64,000 nt of DNA from Capsulimonadales bacterium (GTDB lineage: Bacteria > Armatimonadota > Armatimonadia > Armatimonadales > Armatimonadaceae), in assembly GCA_033762295.1 (NCBI GenBank), contig JANRLW010000018.1:32940-96939 (forward strand), written 5' to 3'. Positions 28,565-37,662 of the stretch are shown here, piece by piece. The number at the start of each line of letters is the position of its first letter. Position 1 is the first letter of the stretch. The notes beneath the pieces are model-generated. The model had not been told where the DNA came from and ran no database searches. It was given only the letters and a program-made list of their open reading frames with translations. The position numbers and the translations under genes were made by a program.

Positions 28565-30601
28565 ATGACGTTCAATTATCGCTCGCATCGGGCAATAGCG
28601 GCAGGAGTGCTGGGGACGGCTGTCTTCTCGGCGGTCAGCCTGGCCGCACCGGTCCGGGCGCAGGTCCCCTTCCGGATCGCCCGCCCCGCCGACGGGCAGA
28701 CGGTCCGTGAGACGATCCGTTTCCGGGTCCCGCGAACGGCGCTGAAGGAAGTGCAGTATATCTCGATCACGGTCGATGATCAGTTCCGAACGAGCGTCGC
28801 CGTGCCGTCCGCCTCGGCGTCCGTCATCCGCCGACGCAATCGGACCCCGCGAAAATACCACACCGACTACGTCGATGCCAACGCGCAGTTTGTCGATATC
28901 CTCTGGGATACCAAGGGCGGTCAGACACGACAGGCCGAGTTCACCGATCCCGAAGCCGACAAGGAAAAACTCGCCCAGTCGAACACCGCTCTGAGCGAAG
29001 GCGCGCATACGTTCGAATTTGTCGCCCATGACGCCTCCGGTCGGCGCATCGGCACCCAGACGCTGACGCTGACGGTGAGCAACCGGGGCGGTCTGGTGAT
29101 GCCCGCCAGCGGTATCCCGATGGCCTATCGCTTCCGGGTCGGAGATGAGACGCGCTACGGACAGACCACCAGCGTCCGCTACATCGGCGAACGCTCCGAC
29201 TTTACGACCCCGGCGGGTCAGGGCTTCGGCGGCGCAGGCTTCCCCGGACGCGGCGGCTTCCCCGGTGGCGGCGCGGGCATTCCGGGAGGCGCCGGATTCC
29301 AGGGCGGCGGTGGCGGCTTCCCCGGCCGGGGCGGGTTCCCCGGTGGCGGTGCAGGGATTCCCGGTGGCGGTGGATTCCCCGGACGCGGCGGAGCGGCCGG
29401 CGGACGGGGCGGACGCGGTGGCTTCCCCGGAGGCGGCGCAGGGATTCCCGGTGGTGGTGGATTCCAGGGTGGCGGCGGCTTCCCCGGCCGGGGCGGGTTC
29501 CCCGGTGGTGGCGCGGGTATTCCCGGTGGCGGTGGCTTCCCCGGGCGTGGAGGCTTCCCCGGCGGCGGAGCCGGATTTGCCGGACGCGGTGGCGGTTTCC
29601 CGGGCGCAGGAACGACCGGCGCGCCCCAGACCGGACCGTTTTCTCTGCCGATTCAGGATGTACGCGCCCTGTACGAACGCAGCACCGAGGATATGGCGTC
29701 GGCCGGCCTCTACTTCCTGCGTGACAAAGTCCTCGATGGCACCATCATCGCCGGCAACGGATCGGCGGCGCTTCTCAACGCGATCTACGACTTCAAATCG
29801 CGCTATCGTCTGGTTTCCAACGCGGGCGCGGTTCGACAGACCGGCGTAGCGAACGCGTCCCACCCGGGCGCGTACGTCTCCCTGCTCATTCCCAACTTGG
29901 GCGGCGCACGACGGAAGATCAACGAGACCTGGGTCACCAATACCCCGGTCCTGCTGGAATGGGCGACGCTCGATACACCGCCGACCGTTCGGGCGACGAA
30001 CCGACTCGTCGGTCTGGAATGGCAGGATAACTACCAGACGGCCCGAATCGAGCAGACCTACAACGGTAAGGCCAACATCCCGATCTTCGGAGGCGCGGGC
30101 ACGATGGAACGCGCCGATGTCAAGATGAACCGCACGATCTGGCTTGCCTGGCAGTCCGGCAAGATCATCCGCACCGAAACCACGATCGAAGTGAGCGGGG
30201 ACGCTCCGGTCAATGTGCTGTCGGCGATGGGAGTGCCGCTTCCCGCCGGTACCGCGGGAGCCGGCGGACTCGGTGGCCTTGGCGGAGGCGGGCTCGGGAT
30301 CGGCGGACGCGGCGGTCTGGGCGTCGGCGGAGGCGGCGGTCTGGGAATCGGCGGTCGGGGTGGTCTGGGCGTTGGCGGATTCGCCGGCGGGTCCGGTTTC
30401 CCCGGGGCTCCCGGCTTTGCCGGCGGCGCACCGTCCTTCGCCGGCGGACCGGGCGGGTTGACCGGACCGGGCGGCGGTTTCGGCGCCCTGCAGCAGGATG
30501 TGGAAGTCCCGGTCGCTCCGGCCAAGTTCCGCTCCATCACGACCGTCACCCTGAACAAACCGACGACGGCCACGACCCGCACGGTCGCCACTCGCCGGTA
30601 A
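28565..30601 (+). CDS. Secreted protein with two Gly-rich low-complexity inserts
   Basis: SD GGAGG, signal peptide ending VRA-Q, Ig-like N-domain and GFPGRGGFPGGGAGIPG repeats. Confidence 0.8.
   Translation: MTFNYRSHRAIAAGVLGTAVFSAVSLAAPVRAQVPFRIARPADGQTVRETIRFRVPRTALKEVQYISITVDDQFRTSVAVPSASASVIRRRNRTPRKYHTDYVDANAQFVDILWDTKGGQTRQAEFTDPEADKEKLAQSNTALSEGAHTFEFVAHDASGRRIGTQTLTLTVSNRGGLVMPASGIPMAYRFRVGDETRYGQTTSVRYIGERSDFTTPAGQGFGGAGFPGRGGFPGGGAGIPGGAGFQGGGGGFPGRGGFPGGGAGIPGGGGFPGRGGAAGGRGGRGGFPGGGAGIPGGGGFQGGGGFPGRGGFPGGGAGIPGGGGFPGRGGFPGGGAGFAGRGGGFPGAGTTGAPQTGPFSLPIQDVRALYERSTEDMASAGLYFLRDKVLDGTIIAGNGSAALLNAIYDFKSRYRLVSNAGAVRQTGVANASHPGAYVSLLIPNLGGARRKINETWVTNTPVLLEWATLDTPPTVRATNRLVGLEWQDNYQTARIEQTYNGKANIPIFGGAGTMERADVKMNRTIWLAWQSGKIIRTETTIEVSGDAPVNVLSAMGVPLPAGTAGAGGLGGLGGGGLGIGGRGGLGVGGGGGLGIGGRGGLGVGGFAGGSGFPGAPGFAGGAPSFAGGPGGLTGPGGGFGALQQDVEVPVAPAKFRSITTVTLNKPTTATTRTVATRR
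29220..29610 (+). repeat. Coding tandem repeats (GGFPGRGGFPGGGAGIPG)
   Basis: Recurrent ggcggcttccccgg units. Confidence 0.85.
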
Positions 30602-30620
30602 ATTACGGAATTGTCCGGCT

Positions 30621-30653
30621 AAAGGCTCCCGAACCCTCGTTTCGGGAGCCTTT
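30621..30653. terminator. Intrinsic terminator hairpin
   Basis: AAAGGCTCCCGAA...TTCGGGAGCCTTT inverted repeat just after stop 30601. Confidence 0.8.
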
Positions 30654-30683
30654 GCGCTTTTCGAGGCGGTATAATGAACTGCT

Positions 30684-31556
30684 ATGCTGCCCTTCGGAAA
30701 CAATAAACCGACCACGCCCGACGCCCAGATGGAACTGGTGGAGCATCTGGCCGAACTTCGCGCCCGTATCCTGCGCAGTCTTCTGTACCTTGCGGTCGCC
30801 ATGTCCGTGACCTGGTTTCTGAACGAATGGGTCTTCTCCGTCCTGGCCTACCCTCTTCAGGCTGAGATGGCGAAACTGGGACAGCGGAACATTCGAGCCG
30901 AGATCAACTACCTCAGCATCGTGCAGCCGTTTCTCCAGAAGATGCAGATTGCCTTCGTTTCCGGGATCGTGGTTGCCTTTCCGCTGGTCGTGCTCGAGTT
31001 GTGGGGGTTCATCGCCCCGGCGTTGACCGAGGAGGAGCGTAAGCCGGTCTACTTCCTGGCGCCGTTTTCGACCCTGCTCTTTATTGCCGGAACCGGGCTC
31101 GGTTATGCGAGTCTGCGTCCCGCATTCGCCTGGATGGCCTCTTTCATCCCCTCCGGCACCTCCTTACTGCAGAGCGCGTCCGACTACGTCCTTCTGGTCG
31201 TCAAAATCCTGCTGGGCTTTGGCATCTCCTTTCAACTGCCCATCGTCCTGCTCTTCCTCGCCCGTGTCAATATCATCAATTCCCGGATGATGACGACGTA
31301 CTGGCGACATGCGGTCGTCATTATCGCCGCTTTCGCCGCCATTCTCACTCCGTCCAACGATCCGCTCACCATGCTGATGATGGCGGTCCCGATGAGCGGA
31401 CTCTATCTGCTCTCGATCAGCCTGGTCAAGGCGTTCGAACCCAAACCGGACGGCACCCGGTCGCTCTCCTTCGCCACCATGATTACCGTCGCCATGGCCC
31501 CGGTCGCCATTCTCGCCGCGGTCGGCTACTGGCTCTGGCGGTCGCGAGGCGCGTAA
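30684..31556 (+). CDS. tatC: Twin-arginine translocase subunit TatC
   Basis: MELVEHLAELRARI, WGFIAPAL, FGISFQLP, WRHAVV and AAILTP.NDP. Confidence 0.95.
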   Translation: MLPFGNNKPTTPDAQMELVEHLAELRARILRSLLYLAVAMSVTWFLNEWVFSVLAYPLQAEMAKLGQRNIRAEINYLSIVQPFLQKMQIAFVSGIVVAFPLVVLELWGFIAPALTEEERKPVYFLAPFSTLLFIAGTGLGYASLRPAFAWMASFIPSGTSLLQSASDYVLLVVKILLGFGISFQLPIVLLFLARVNIINSRMMTTYWRHAVVIIAAFAAILTPSNDPLTMLMMAVPMSGLYLLSISLVKAFEPKPDGTRSLSFATMITVAMAPVAILAAVGYWLWRSRGA

Positions 31557-31592
31557 TCGCCGAATCGTCATCAACGAATAAGGACGTCGAAC

Positions 31593-32777
31593 ATGCAGGG
31601 AACAGGCGCCGTCGTCGGGGCGCAGGTGGTCACACCTGACGGTCTTCTCGAACAGCACACCGTACGGTTCGCCGATGGCCGGATCACCGATATCACACCG
31701 GAACCGTACTCGGGGCCGGGTGTCGTCCTCACGGCAGACGGCGCGACACTGCTTCCGGGCTTTCTGGATGTACATATCCACGGCGGCGGGGGTTCGGACA
31801 CGATGGACGCCACACCGGACGCCCTCCGGACGATCTGCCGCACGCACGCACGCTACGGGACGACCGGCCTGCTGGCGACGACCATGACCCAGAGCCGGGA
31901 ACGGATCACCGCCGCCCTGGACAATGCGCGTCGGGCGTACGAAGCCGGACCGGCATTCTGCCCGGACGGAGCGCAGGTTCTCGGCATTCATCTCGAAGGT
32001 CCCTACATCAGTCCCGAACGTCCGGGGGCGCAGCCACGGCAGTTCGTTCGCGATTACGATCCGGAGGAGTTCGCCGAATGGCTGCGCGTCTCCGGGGGCG
32101 CGATGAAGCTGATCACGCTCGCTCCCGAACGGCCCGGCGCGGATGCCCTGATCACGGCCTGTCGTCAGGCCGGCATCGTGATCTCGACCGGGCATACCGA
32201 CGCGGACGCGGCGCAAACACGGGCCGCGCTGTCCGAAGGCGTCACCCACGCCACCCATCTCTTCAATGCGATGCCGTCGATCCACCATCGTAAGCCCGGA
32301 CCGATCCCCGTTCTGTTGAGCGATCCCCGTGTTCTCGTCGAGATCATTGCCGACGGGCATCATGTGTCGCCGGAGATTATCGGGATGACCTTCGCCGCCC
32401 GGGGTCCGTCCGGTATCGCGTTGATTACCGACGCCATGAGCGGGGCGGGTGCGCCCGAGGGCCTGTATGATCTGGGCGGACTCGCGGTCACGGTTTCCGG
32501 GGGCAGGGCGACGCTCGCCGACGGCACCCTGGCCGGTTCGGTGCTGACAATGGCGCAGGCGGCCCGGAATGTCGCCGACTGGGTGGGAGCGAACGGTTCG
32601 GAAAGGTGGCCGATCCTGGCCGCGCTGACCTCCGGAAACGTCGCCCGGGAGATGGGTTGGGTGACGAAAGGCGCGATCCGTCCGGGCAACGATGCCGACC
32701 TGACGTTACTGTCCGATCGGGAGGAAGTCATAGCGACGATGGTCGCCGGACGCCTCGTCTATCGGCGAGAATCCTGA
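31593..32777 (+). CDS. nagA: N-acetylglucosamine-6-phosphate deacetylase
   Basis: PGFLDVHIHG, HLEGP, THLFNAM, IADGHH and LAGS. Confidence 0.95.
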   Translation: MQGTGAVVGAQVVTPDGLLEQHTVRFADGRITDITPEPYSGPGVVLTADGATLLPGFLDVHIHGGGGSDTMDATPDALRTICRTHARYGTTGLLATTMTQSRERITAALDNARRAYEAGPAFCPDGAQVLGIHLEGPYISPERPGAQPRQFVRDYDPEEFAEWLRVSGGAMKLITLAPERPGADALITACRQAGIVISTGHTDADAAQTRAALSEGVTHATHLFNAMPSIHHRKPGPIPVLLSDPRVLVEIIADGHHVSPEIIGMTFAARGPSGIALITDAMSGAGAPEGLYDLGGLAVTVSGGRATLADGTLAGSVLTMAQAARNVADWVGANGSERWPILAALTSGNVAREMGWVTKGAIRPGNDADLTLLSDREEVIATMVAGRLVYRRES

Positions 32778-32919
32778 GGAGAGGCCGGTCAGGAGACGGC
32801 CCGCCGCCCTGTCACTTTGCGATATTTCACTAAATAGTTTAGTAAAACAGGTATTTCTCTCAGGTAAAATCGACGACTGGCCACGTAATTTTCGCAGGAG
32901 TTTCGTGTAGAATAGGCCT

Positions 32920-33987
32920 GTGTATAAAGCTGTTCCACTGGACTCAACAAAGGCTGAACACGGCCTGGATCACAAATCTTTCCTCTTTCTGGCGGGCGCC
33001 CTCCTCGGAGTTCCCCTCGCCGTCTGGTTCCGCTTCTCCGTGACCGTGGACCCGGCTACCGGTGGTCTGCGCTATCAACCCCTGGGTCCGGTGGAGACGC
33101 TGGCCAAATCGGCGCTGCTCGTCGGCACCCTCTGTCTGATCGGGTTCTTTTTCTGGCTGGTCGAACGCACCTGGCCGGAGGACGCCGAACAGACGGTCGC
33201 CGCCGACGATCGCCGTTTGAATGCCCTCTATCTGGTTCTGAATCAGTGTGTCATGGTCCGGGTAGCGGCGACCGTTCTGGTCGCGGTCGCCTCCGGCTTC
33301 ACCCTGATGCACCTGCCGCGCATTCCTTCGTCCTGGATCGAAATGCAGCCGATCTGGCTTCAAACGCTGGAGATCGCTCTCCTGAAAGATTTTCTCGGAT
33401 ACTGGAATCACCGTATGTTCCATACGGTGCCCGCTCTCTGGCGATTCCATGCCGTCCACCACAGTTCCGAGCAGGTTCACTGGTTCTCGGCAACCCGCGA
33501 GCACCCCTTCGAGCAGATCGTCGGCAAGATGGTGACCGTCCTCCCGCTCTATCTTCTGGGCTTCCCCCTGACGGTTCTCGGTCCCTTCGTCGGCTTCTGG
33601 CTGATCTACCTGATGTTCCTCCATGCGAACGTCAACTGCTCCTTCGGTCCGATCGTTCGCTACCTGGTGGTCAGCCCGGCATTTCATCGCTGGCACCATA
33701 CCAATGAGGAGCAGGCGCTCGATCGAAACTACGCCACGCTGCTGCCGATCTGGGATTTCCTCTTCCGAACGGCCTACTTCCCCAAGAACGCTCATCCGAA
33801 GAGCTACGGACTCTATAAGGAAACGATGCCGACCGGTTTCTGGGCGCAGTTCCTCTACCCGTTCCGGCGCGCTGCCCGACCGGCCGATGTCGACCTGCCG
33901 GCGAAAACCGTGCCGACCGCACCGCCGGTTCCCGAACCGAACAAAGAACCGATCACCGCACCGGATCGCACACATCAGCCGGTCTGA
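32920..33987 (+). CDS. Sterol desaturase / fatty acid hydroxylase family protein
   Basis: His boxes HRMFH, FHAVHHS, FLHAN and FHRWHH; NYA..LPIWDFLF. Confidence 0.9.
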   Translation: MYKAVPLDSTKAEHGLDHKSFLFLAGALLGVPLAVWFRFSVTVDPATGGLRYQPLGPVETLAKSALLVGTLCLIGFFFWLVERTWPEDAEQTVAADDRRLNALYLVLNQCVMVRVAATVLVAVASGFTLMHLPRIPSSWIEMQPIWLQTLEIALLKDFLGYWNHRMFHTVPALWRFHAVHHSSEQVHWFSATREHPFEQIVGKMVTVLPLYLLGFPLTVLGPFVGFWLIYLMFLHANVNCSFGPIVRYLVVSPAFHRWHHTNEEQALDRNYATLLPIWDFLFRTAYFPKNAHPKSYGLYKETMPTGFWAQFLYPFRRAARPADVDLPAKTVPTAPPVPEPNKEPITAPDRTHQPV

Positions 33988-34010
33988 GTCGGTCTGAGTC
34001 GGTCTGAGTC
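33981..34010 (+). repeat. 3 x 10-bp direct repeat GGTCTGAGTC
   Basis: Exact triplication beginning across the desaturase stop codon. Confidence 0.9.
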
Positions 34011-34020
34011 ACCGGAACGA

Positions 34021-35340
34021 TCAGCGGTACAAAACCGTCAGCAGTTCCACATGGGCGGTCTGCGCGAACATATCGAACGGCGTCACTGTTTCCACGTGCC
34101 ACCCCTCGGCTTCCAGAGCCTTCAAGTCCCGTACGGCGCTCGGCAGGTGACAGGAGATGAACGCCATGCGGGGAGCGAAACCCAGGTCGCCGGTCAGTTT
34201 GCCAAGGCCCGCCCGCGGGGGATCGGCAACGATCAGATCGGTCGGACGGGGTTTCCGGCGCAGGTAGTGGGCGACATCGCTTCGAACGAACTCCAGCCGT
34301 TCGGCAAGTCCCCGTCGGGTCGCCTCGGCTCTTCCCGCCGTAACCAGTGCGGAAACCCGCTCCACCGCCGTCACCCGCCGCCCCCCGGCGGCCAGCGGCA
34401 ACGCGAAGTTGCCCGCTCCGGCATACAGATCGCAGGCCGATTGCGCGCCGGTCCGCTCCGCCAGCCCGACCACCCGTTCGACGAGTTGTTCGTTAATGAC
34501 CGGGTTGACCTGAGAGAAGACGCCGGGAGCGGCCTCGCCCGCCTCGTCCTCCGCCATTCCGGCCATCTTTCGAAGCATCGCCGCCTCGCCGAACTGCGCC
34601 ATTCCCCGCCCCTCCGCCTCGATCAGCGCTCCGGTCACCAGCGGTCTCAGCCGCTCGAGCAGCCGGCCCGCCTGCCGTTCGGTCAGGTGTCCGGTCGTTT
34701 TCAACACCGCGAACAGACCGTTCTCACCGGTCTCGATGTGCAGTTCGGCGTTCTCCGAAAAGGCGGTCTCGCCGAACTCGATTCCGGCCGCCAGAAATTT
34801 TCGAATCTCCGGTCCGGAGATCGGGCAGTCGACGACAGGCAACACCGTGTGGGATTGACGCCGGTAATATCCGGCCCGGCCCTCGCCATCGATATGGAGA
34901 ATGATACGGCGGCGATAACCGAAAGGAGGACCGGGCACCACCGCTTCGATCCGGTCGGCGGCCTCCGCGAGTCCCCCGCTACGAAATGCGCCGCGCACCA
35001 TATCATGTTTGGCGGCCAGCTGCGCCTCGTACGTCATATGCTGGAGATCGCAGCCGCCGCACGCGCCGAAGTACGGACAGGGCGGGGTCGTCCTGTCCCC
35101 GGACGGCGTCCGAATCGCCGACAGTTCGGCATCGAGGTAACGGGCGTGAACTCTCCGAACCCGCGCCTCGACCACCTCTCCGGGCGCGACAAACGGCAGG
35201 AATATAGTCATTCCGACGCGCGGGGAACCCTCCGGCCCGGTCACCCGTCCGACCGCCGTTCCACCGACCGCCAGCCCCCGGATCTCCGCCCGCACGGTCT
35301 CCCCTTCCGGTTCCTCCGACGGCAATCTCTTTGAATCCAT
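34021..35340 (-). CDS. rlmD: RlmD/TrmA-family RNA (uracil-5)-methyltransferase with TRAM domain
   Basis: CPYFGACGGC, FSQVN, DLYAGAGNF, DPPRAG, ISC and FDMFAQTAHVE; TATAAT lies 7 nt before ATG 35340. Confidence 0.8.
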   Translation of the reverse strand: MDSKRLPSEEPEGETVRAEIRGLAVGGTAVGRVTGPEGSPRVGMTIFLPFVAPGEVVEARVRRVHARYLDAELSAIRTPSGDRTTPPCPYFGACGGCDLQHMTYEAQLAAKHDMVRGAFRSGGLAEAADRIEAVVPGPPFGYRRRIILHIDGEGRAGYYRRQSHTVLPVVDCPISGPEIRKFLAAGIEFGETAFSENAELHIETGENGLFAVLKTTGHLTERQAGRLLERLRPLVTGALIEAEGRGMAQFGEAAMLRKMAGMAEDEAGEAAPGVFSQVNPVINEQLVERVVGLAERTGAQSACDLYAGAGNFALPLAAGGRRVTAVERVSALVTAGRAEATRRGLAERLEFVRSDVAHYLRRKPRPTDLIVADPPRAGLGKLTGDLGFAPRMAFISCHLPSAVRDLKALEAEGWHVETVTPFDMFAQTAHVELLTVLYR

Positions 35341-35483
35341 GCCGCTCATTATACGCCGGAACGCCCGGATTTCCGATCACCGTGCCGCCGACCGGACCGG
35401 TTGCCATTTAACGCCCTTTTAACGAAGACCCGTCATAACGGAGAGTGGGTGTCGACGGCGCTTGACAGAGTATCGGAGGAACT

Positions 35484-36047
35484 ATGTACGGCCTGGTAAA
35501 TCTGGCGATCGAACAAATGGTGACGGAGACCTTCGGGGAAGCGACCTGGGAGCGGATACGAACGGAGGCGGACGTCGAGATCGAAACATTTATCAGTCTG
35601 GAAGCCTATCCCGACGAACTGACCTATCGACTGGTCGCCGCCGCTTCGCGCGTTCTGGACACGCCGCCGAACGATCTTCTCGAACGGTTCGGGGAGTACT
35701 GGGTCCTCTATACGGGCAAAGCCGGATACGGCTACCTGATGGACCCGTCGACCAGCACGATGGCCGAATTCCTTATGCACCTGAACCAGATGCATCGCCG
35801 GATCGGCATGGCCTTTCCGCATCTTCAACCACCCCGGTTTGACTGCACCCATATCACCGAGGACTCGCTCCGCCTGGAGTACCGTTCGGATCGGCCGGGC
35901 CTGGCTCCGATGGTTCGGGGATTGATCCGGGGACTGTCCGTTCTCTTCTCACAGCCGGCGGAGATCGAACATATCGTCGTCCGGGAGGACGGCAACGACC
36001 ATGACGCTTTCCTGATCCGCTACCGATCGGGGTCGCTCCATGCCTGA
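35484..36047 (+). CDS. H-NOX heme nitric-oxide sensor
   Basis: MYGLVN, proximal His in LNQMHRR, PP, YRSDR (YxSxR) and GLAPMVRGL. Confidence 0.95.
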   Translation: MYGLVNLAIEQMVTETFGEATWERIRTEADVEIETFISLEAYPDELTYRLVAAASRVLDTPPNDLLERFGEYWVLYTGKAGYGYLMDPSTSTMAEFLMHLNQMHRRIGMAFPHLQPPRFDCTHITEDSLRLEYRSDRPGLAPMVRGLIRGLSVLFSQPAEIEHIVVREDGNDHDAFLIRYRSGSLHA

Positions 36048-37662
36048 TGCCGGTTCACCACTGACGGCGGCGCATCTGGATGCTCTCTACCCGTATCATC
36101 TGATTCTTTCGGAGGAATCGACCATCGTGGGCCTGGGCACGCGGTTACGCGCCGCCCTTCCGTCCTCGGCGATCGGTGCGCCGTTCGCCGAGTACTTTCG
36201 TGTTCTCGATCCGGAGGGCGGTTTTTCGGCGCTCCGGGCCGACCGGCCGGTGCCCCTGCTGATGGTCTCGGACTGTCTGCCGCTACCGCTGCGCGGTACC
36301 GCCCTGTACGACTCCGAACGGCGGCAGTCTCTTTTTCTGGGCAGCCTCTATGTTCGAACGATCGAGGAACTGGCCCGGGTCGGCCTGACGCTGGCGGATA
36401 TTCCCCGGCATGACTCCTCCCTGGATTACCTTCTCGCCCTTCAGGCGCATGGGGCCGCCTTCGCGGAGGCGCGTACCCTCGCCGCGAAACTGACCGAGGA
36501 AAAAACCCAGCTTCGTGAGGCGAACCGACGTCTGCGCGAAAGCGAGGCGATGTACCGGTCGGTCGTGGAGAATGTCCGTGAGATCATTTTCCGGACCGAC
36601 GCCGACGGAAACTGGACCTTTCTGAACGTCGCCTGGGAGCGGATCACCGGTTTTTCGGTTACCGATTCCCTCGGAAGAAATTTCCGCTCATTTCTCCACC
36701 CCGACGACGGCCCGGCCTACGAAGCGCGGTTCCGTGAGTTGATGGAAGGACGTCGGGATTACACGCGTCTGGAAGCCCGTTTTATCACGCGCGACGGCAG
36801 CCAGCGCTGGATCGAAGTGCTGGCACAGTCGACGCGCAACGACCGCGAAGCGATCTGCGGGACGACCGGCACCCTGTTCGACATCACCGAACGCAAACGG
36901 GTCGAGGAACAACGAACCGCGTTGACACGGGAACTGCAGCGCAGCAATCGCGACCTGAGTGAGTTCGCCGCCGTCGCCTCGCACGATCTCCAGGAGCCGC
37001 TGCGCAAAATCATCCTCTTCGCCGAGCAGTTGCGCACGACGCCGGAGGAGCTGACATCGGAACAGACGGCGGAGTGCGCCGGGCGTATCTCGCGGGCGGC
37101 GCGCCGGATGCGTTCCCTGGTTCGCGGTCTGCTGGACTACTCCCGCGTCACGTCCGGGGCGCGTCCCTTCCGGCAGGTCTCGCTCGACCGGATCGTGACG
37201 GAGGCGGTCGCCGATCTTGAAGCGACCATTCGTCGCGTCGGCGGCGTCGTCCTTTGCGACCCCCTGCCCGATATCGAAGCGGACCCGGTGCAGATGCGTC
37301 AGCTGATGCAGAACCTGATCGGAAACGCCCTGAAGTTTCACCGTCCGGGAGTGCCGCCGGAAGTGCGGGTCTATGCCGAACGCCGGGTTCTGCCGGATGA
37401 TTCGGAGGTTCTCCTCCTGCATTGCCGGGACAACGGCATCGGATTCGAGAGCCAGTTCCGCAACAAAGTCTTCGAGGTGTTCGAACGGTTACACCCGGAC
37501 AGCGAATACGAGGGGACGGGCATGGGACTGGCCATTTGCCGGAAGATCATCGAACGCCACAACGGACATATCGAGGCGTACAGCGTTCCGGGCGAGGGCA
37601 CGGATTTCCTCGTCTCCCTGCCGCTCCCCCGTCCGGCCGCCGATGTCCGTCCGGTTCGCTAA
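36040..37662 (+). CDS. HNOBA-PAS histidine kinase
   Basis: LYPYHL..LFLGS..GLTLADIPRHD (HNOBA-like), PAS, ASHDLQEPLR, NLIGNALKF, DNGIG and GTGMGL; overlaps the H-NOX stop. Confidence 0.9.
   Translation: MPDAGSPLTAAHLDALYPYHLILSEESTIVGLGTRLRAALPSSAIGAPFAEYFRVLDPEGGFSALRADRPVPLLMVSDCLPLPLRGTALYDSERRQSLFLGSLYVRTIEELARVGLTLADIPRHDSSLDYLLALQAHGAAFAEARTLAAKLTEEKTQLREANRRLRESEAMYRSVVENVREIIFRTDADGNWTFLNVAWERITGFSVTDSLGRNFRSFLHPDDGPAYEARFRELMEGRRDYTRLEARFITRDGSQRWIEVLAQSTRNDREAICGTTGTLFDITERKRVEEQRTALTRELQRSNRDLSEFAAVASHDLQEPLRKIILFAEQLRTTPEELTSEQTAECAGRISRAARRMRSLVRGLLDYSRVTSGARPFRQVSLDRIVTEAVADLEATIRRVGGVVLCDPLPDIEADPVQMRQLMQNLIGNALKFHRPGVPPEVRVYAERRVLPDDSEVLLLHCRDNGIGFESQFRNKVFEVFERLHPDSEYEGTGMGLAICRKIIERHNGHIEAYSVPGEGTDFLVSLPLPRPAADVRPVR

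Noticed and set aside
28280..30802. 840-aa minus-strand ORF with Ala/Thr/Gly repeats
   Set aside because: Antisense mirror of the Gly-rich secreted protein; the plus strand has the SD, signal peptide and terminator.
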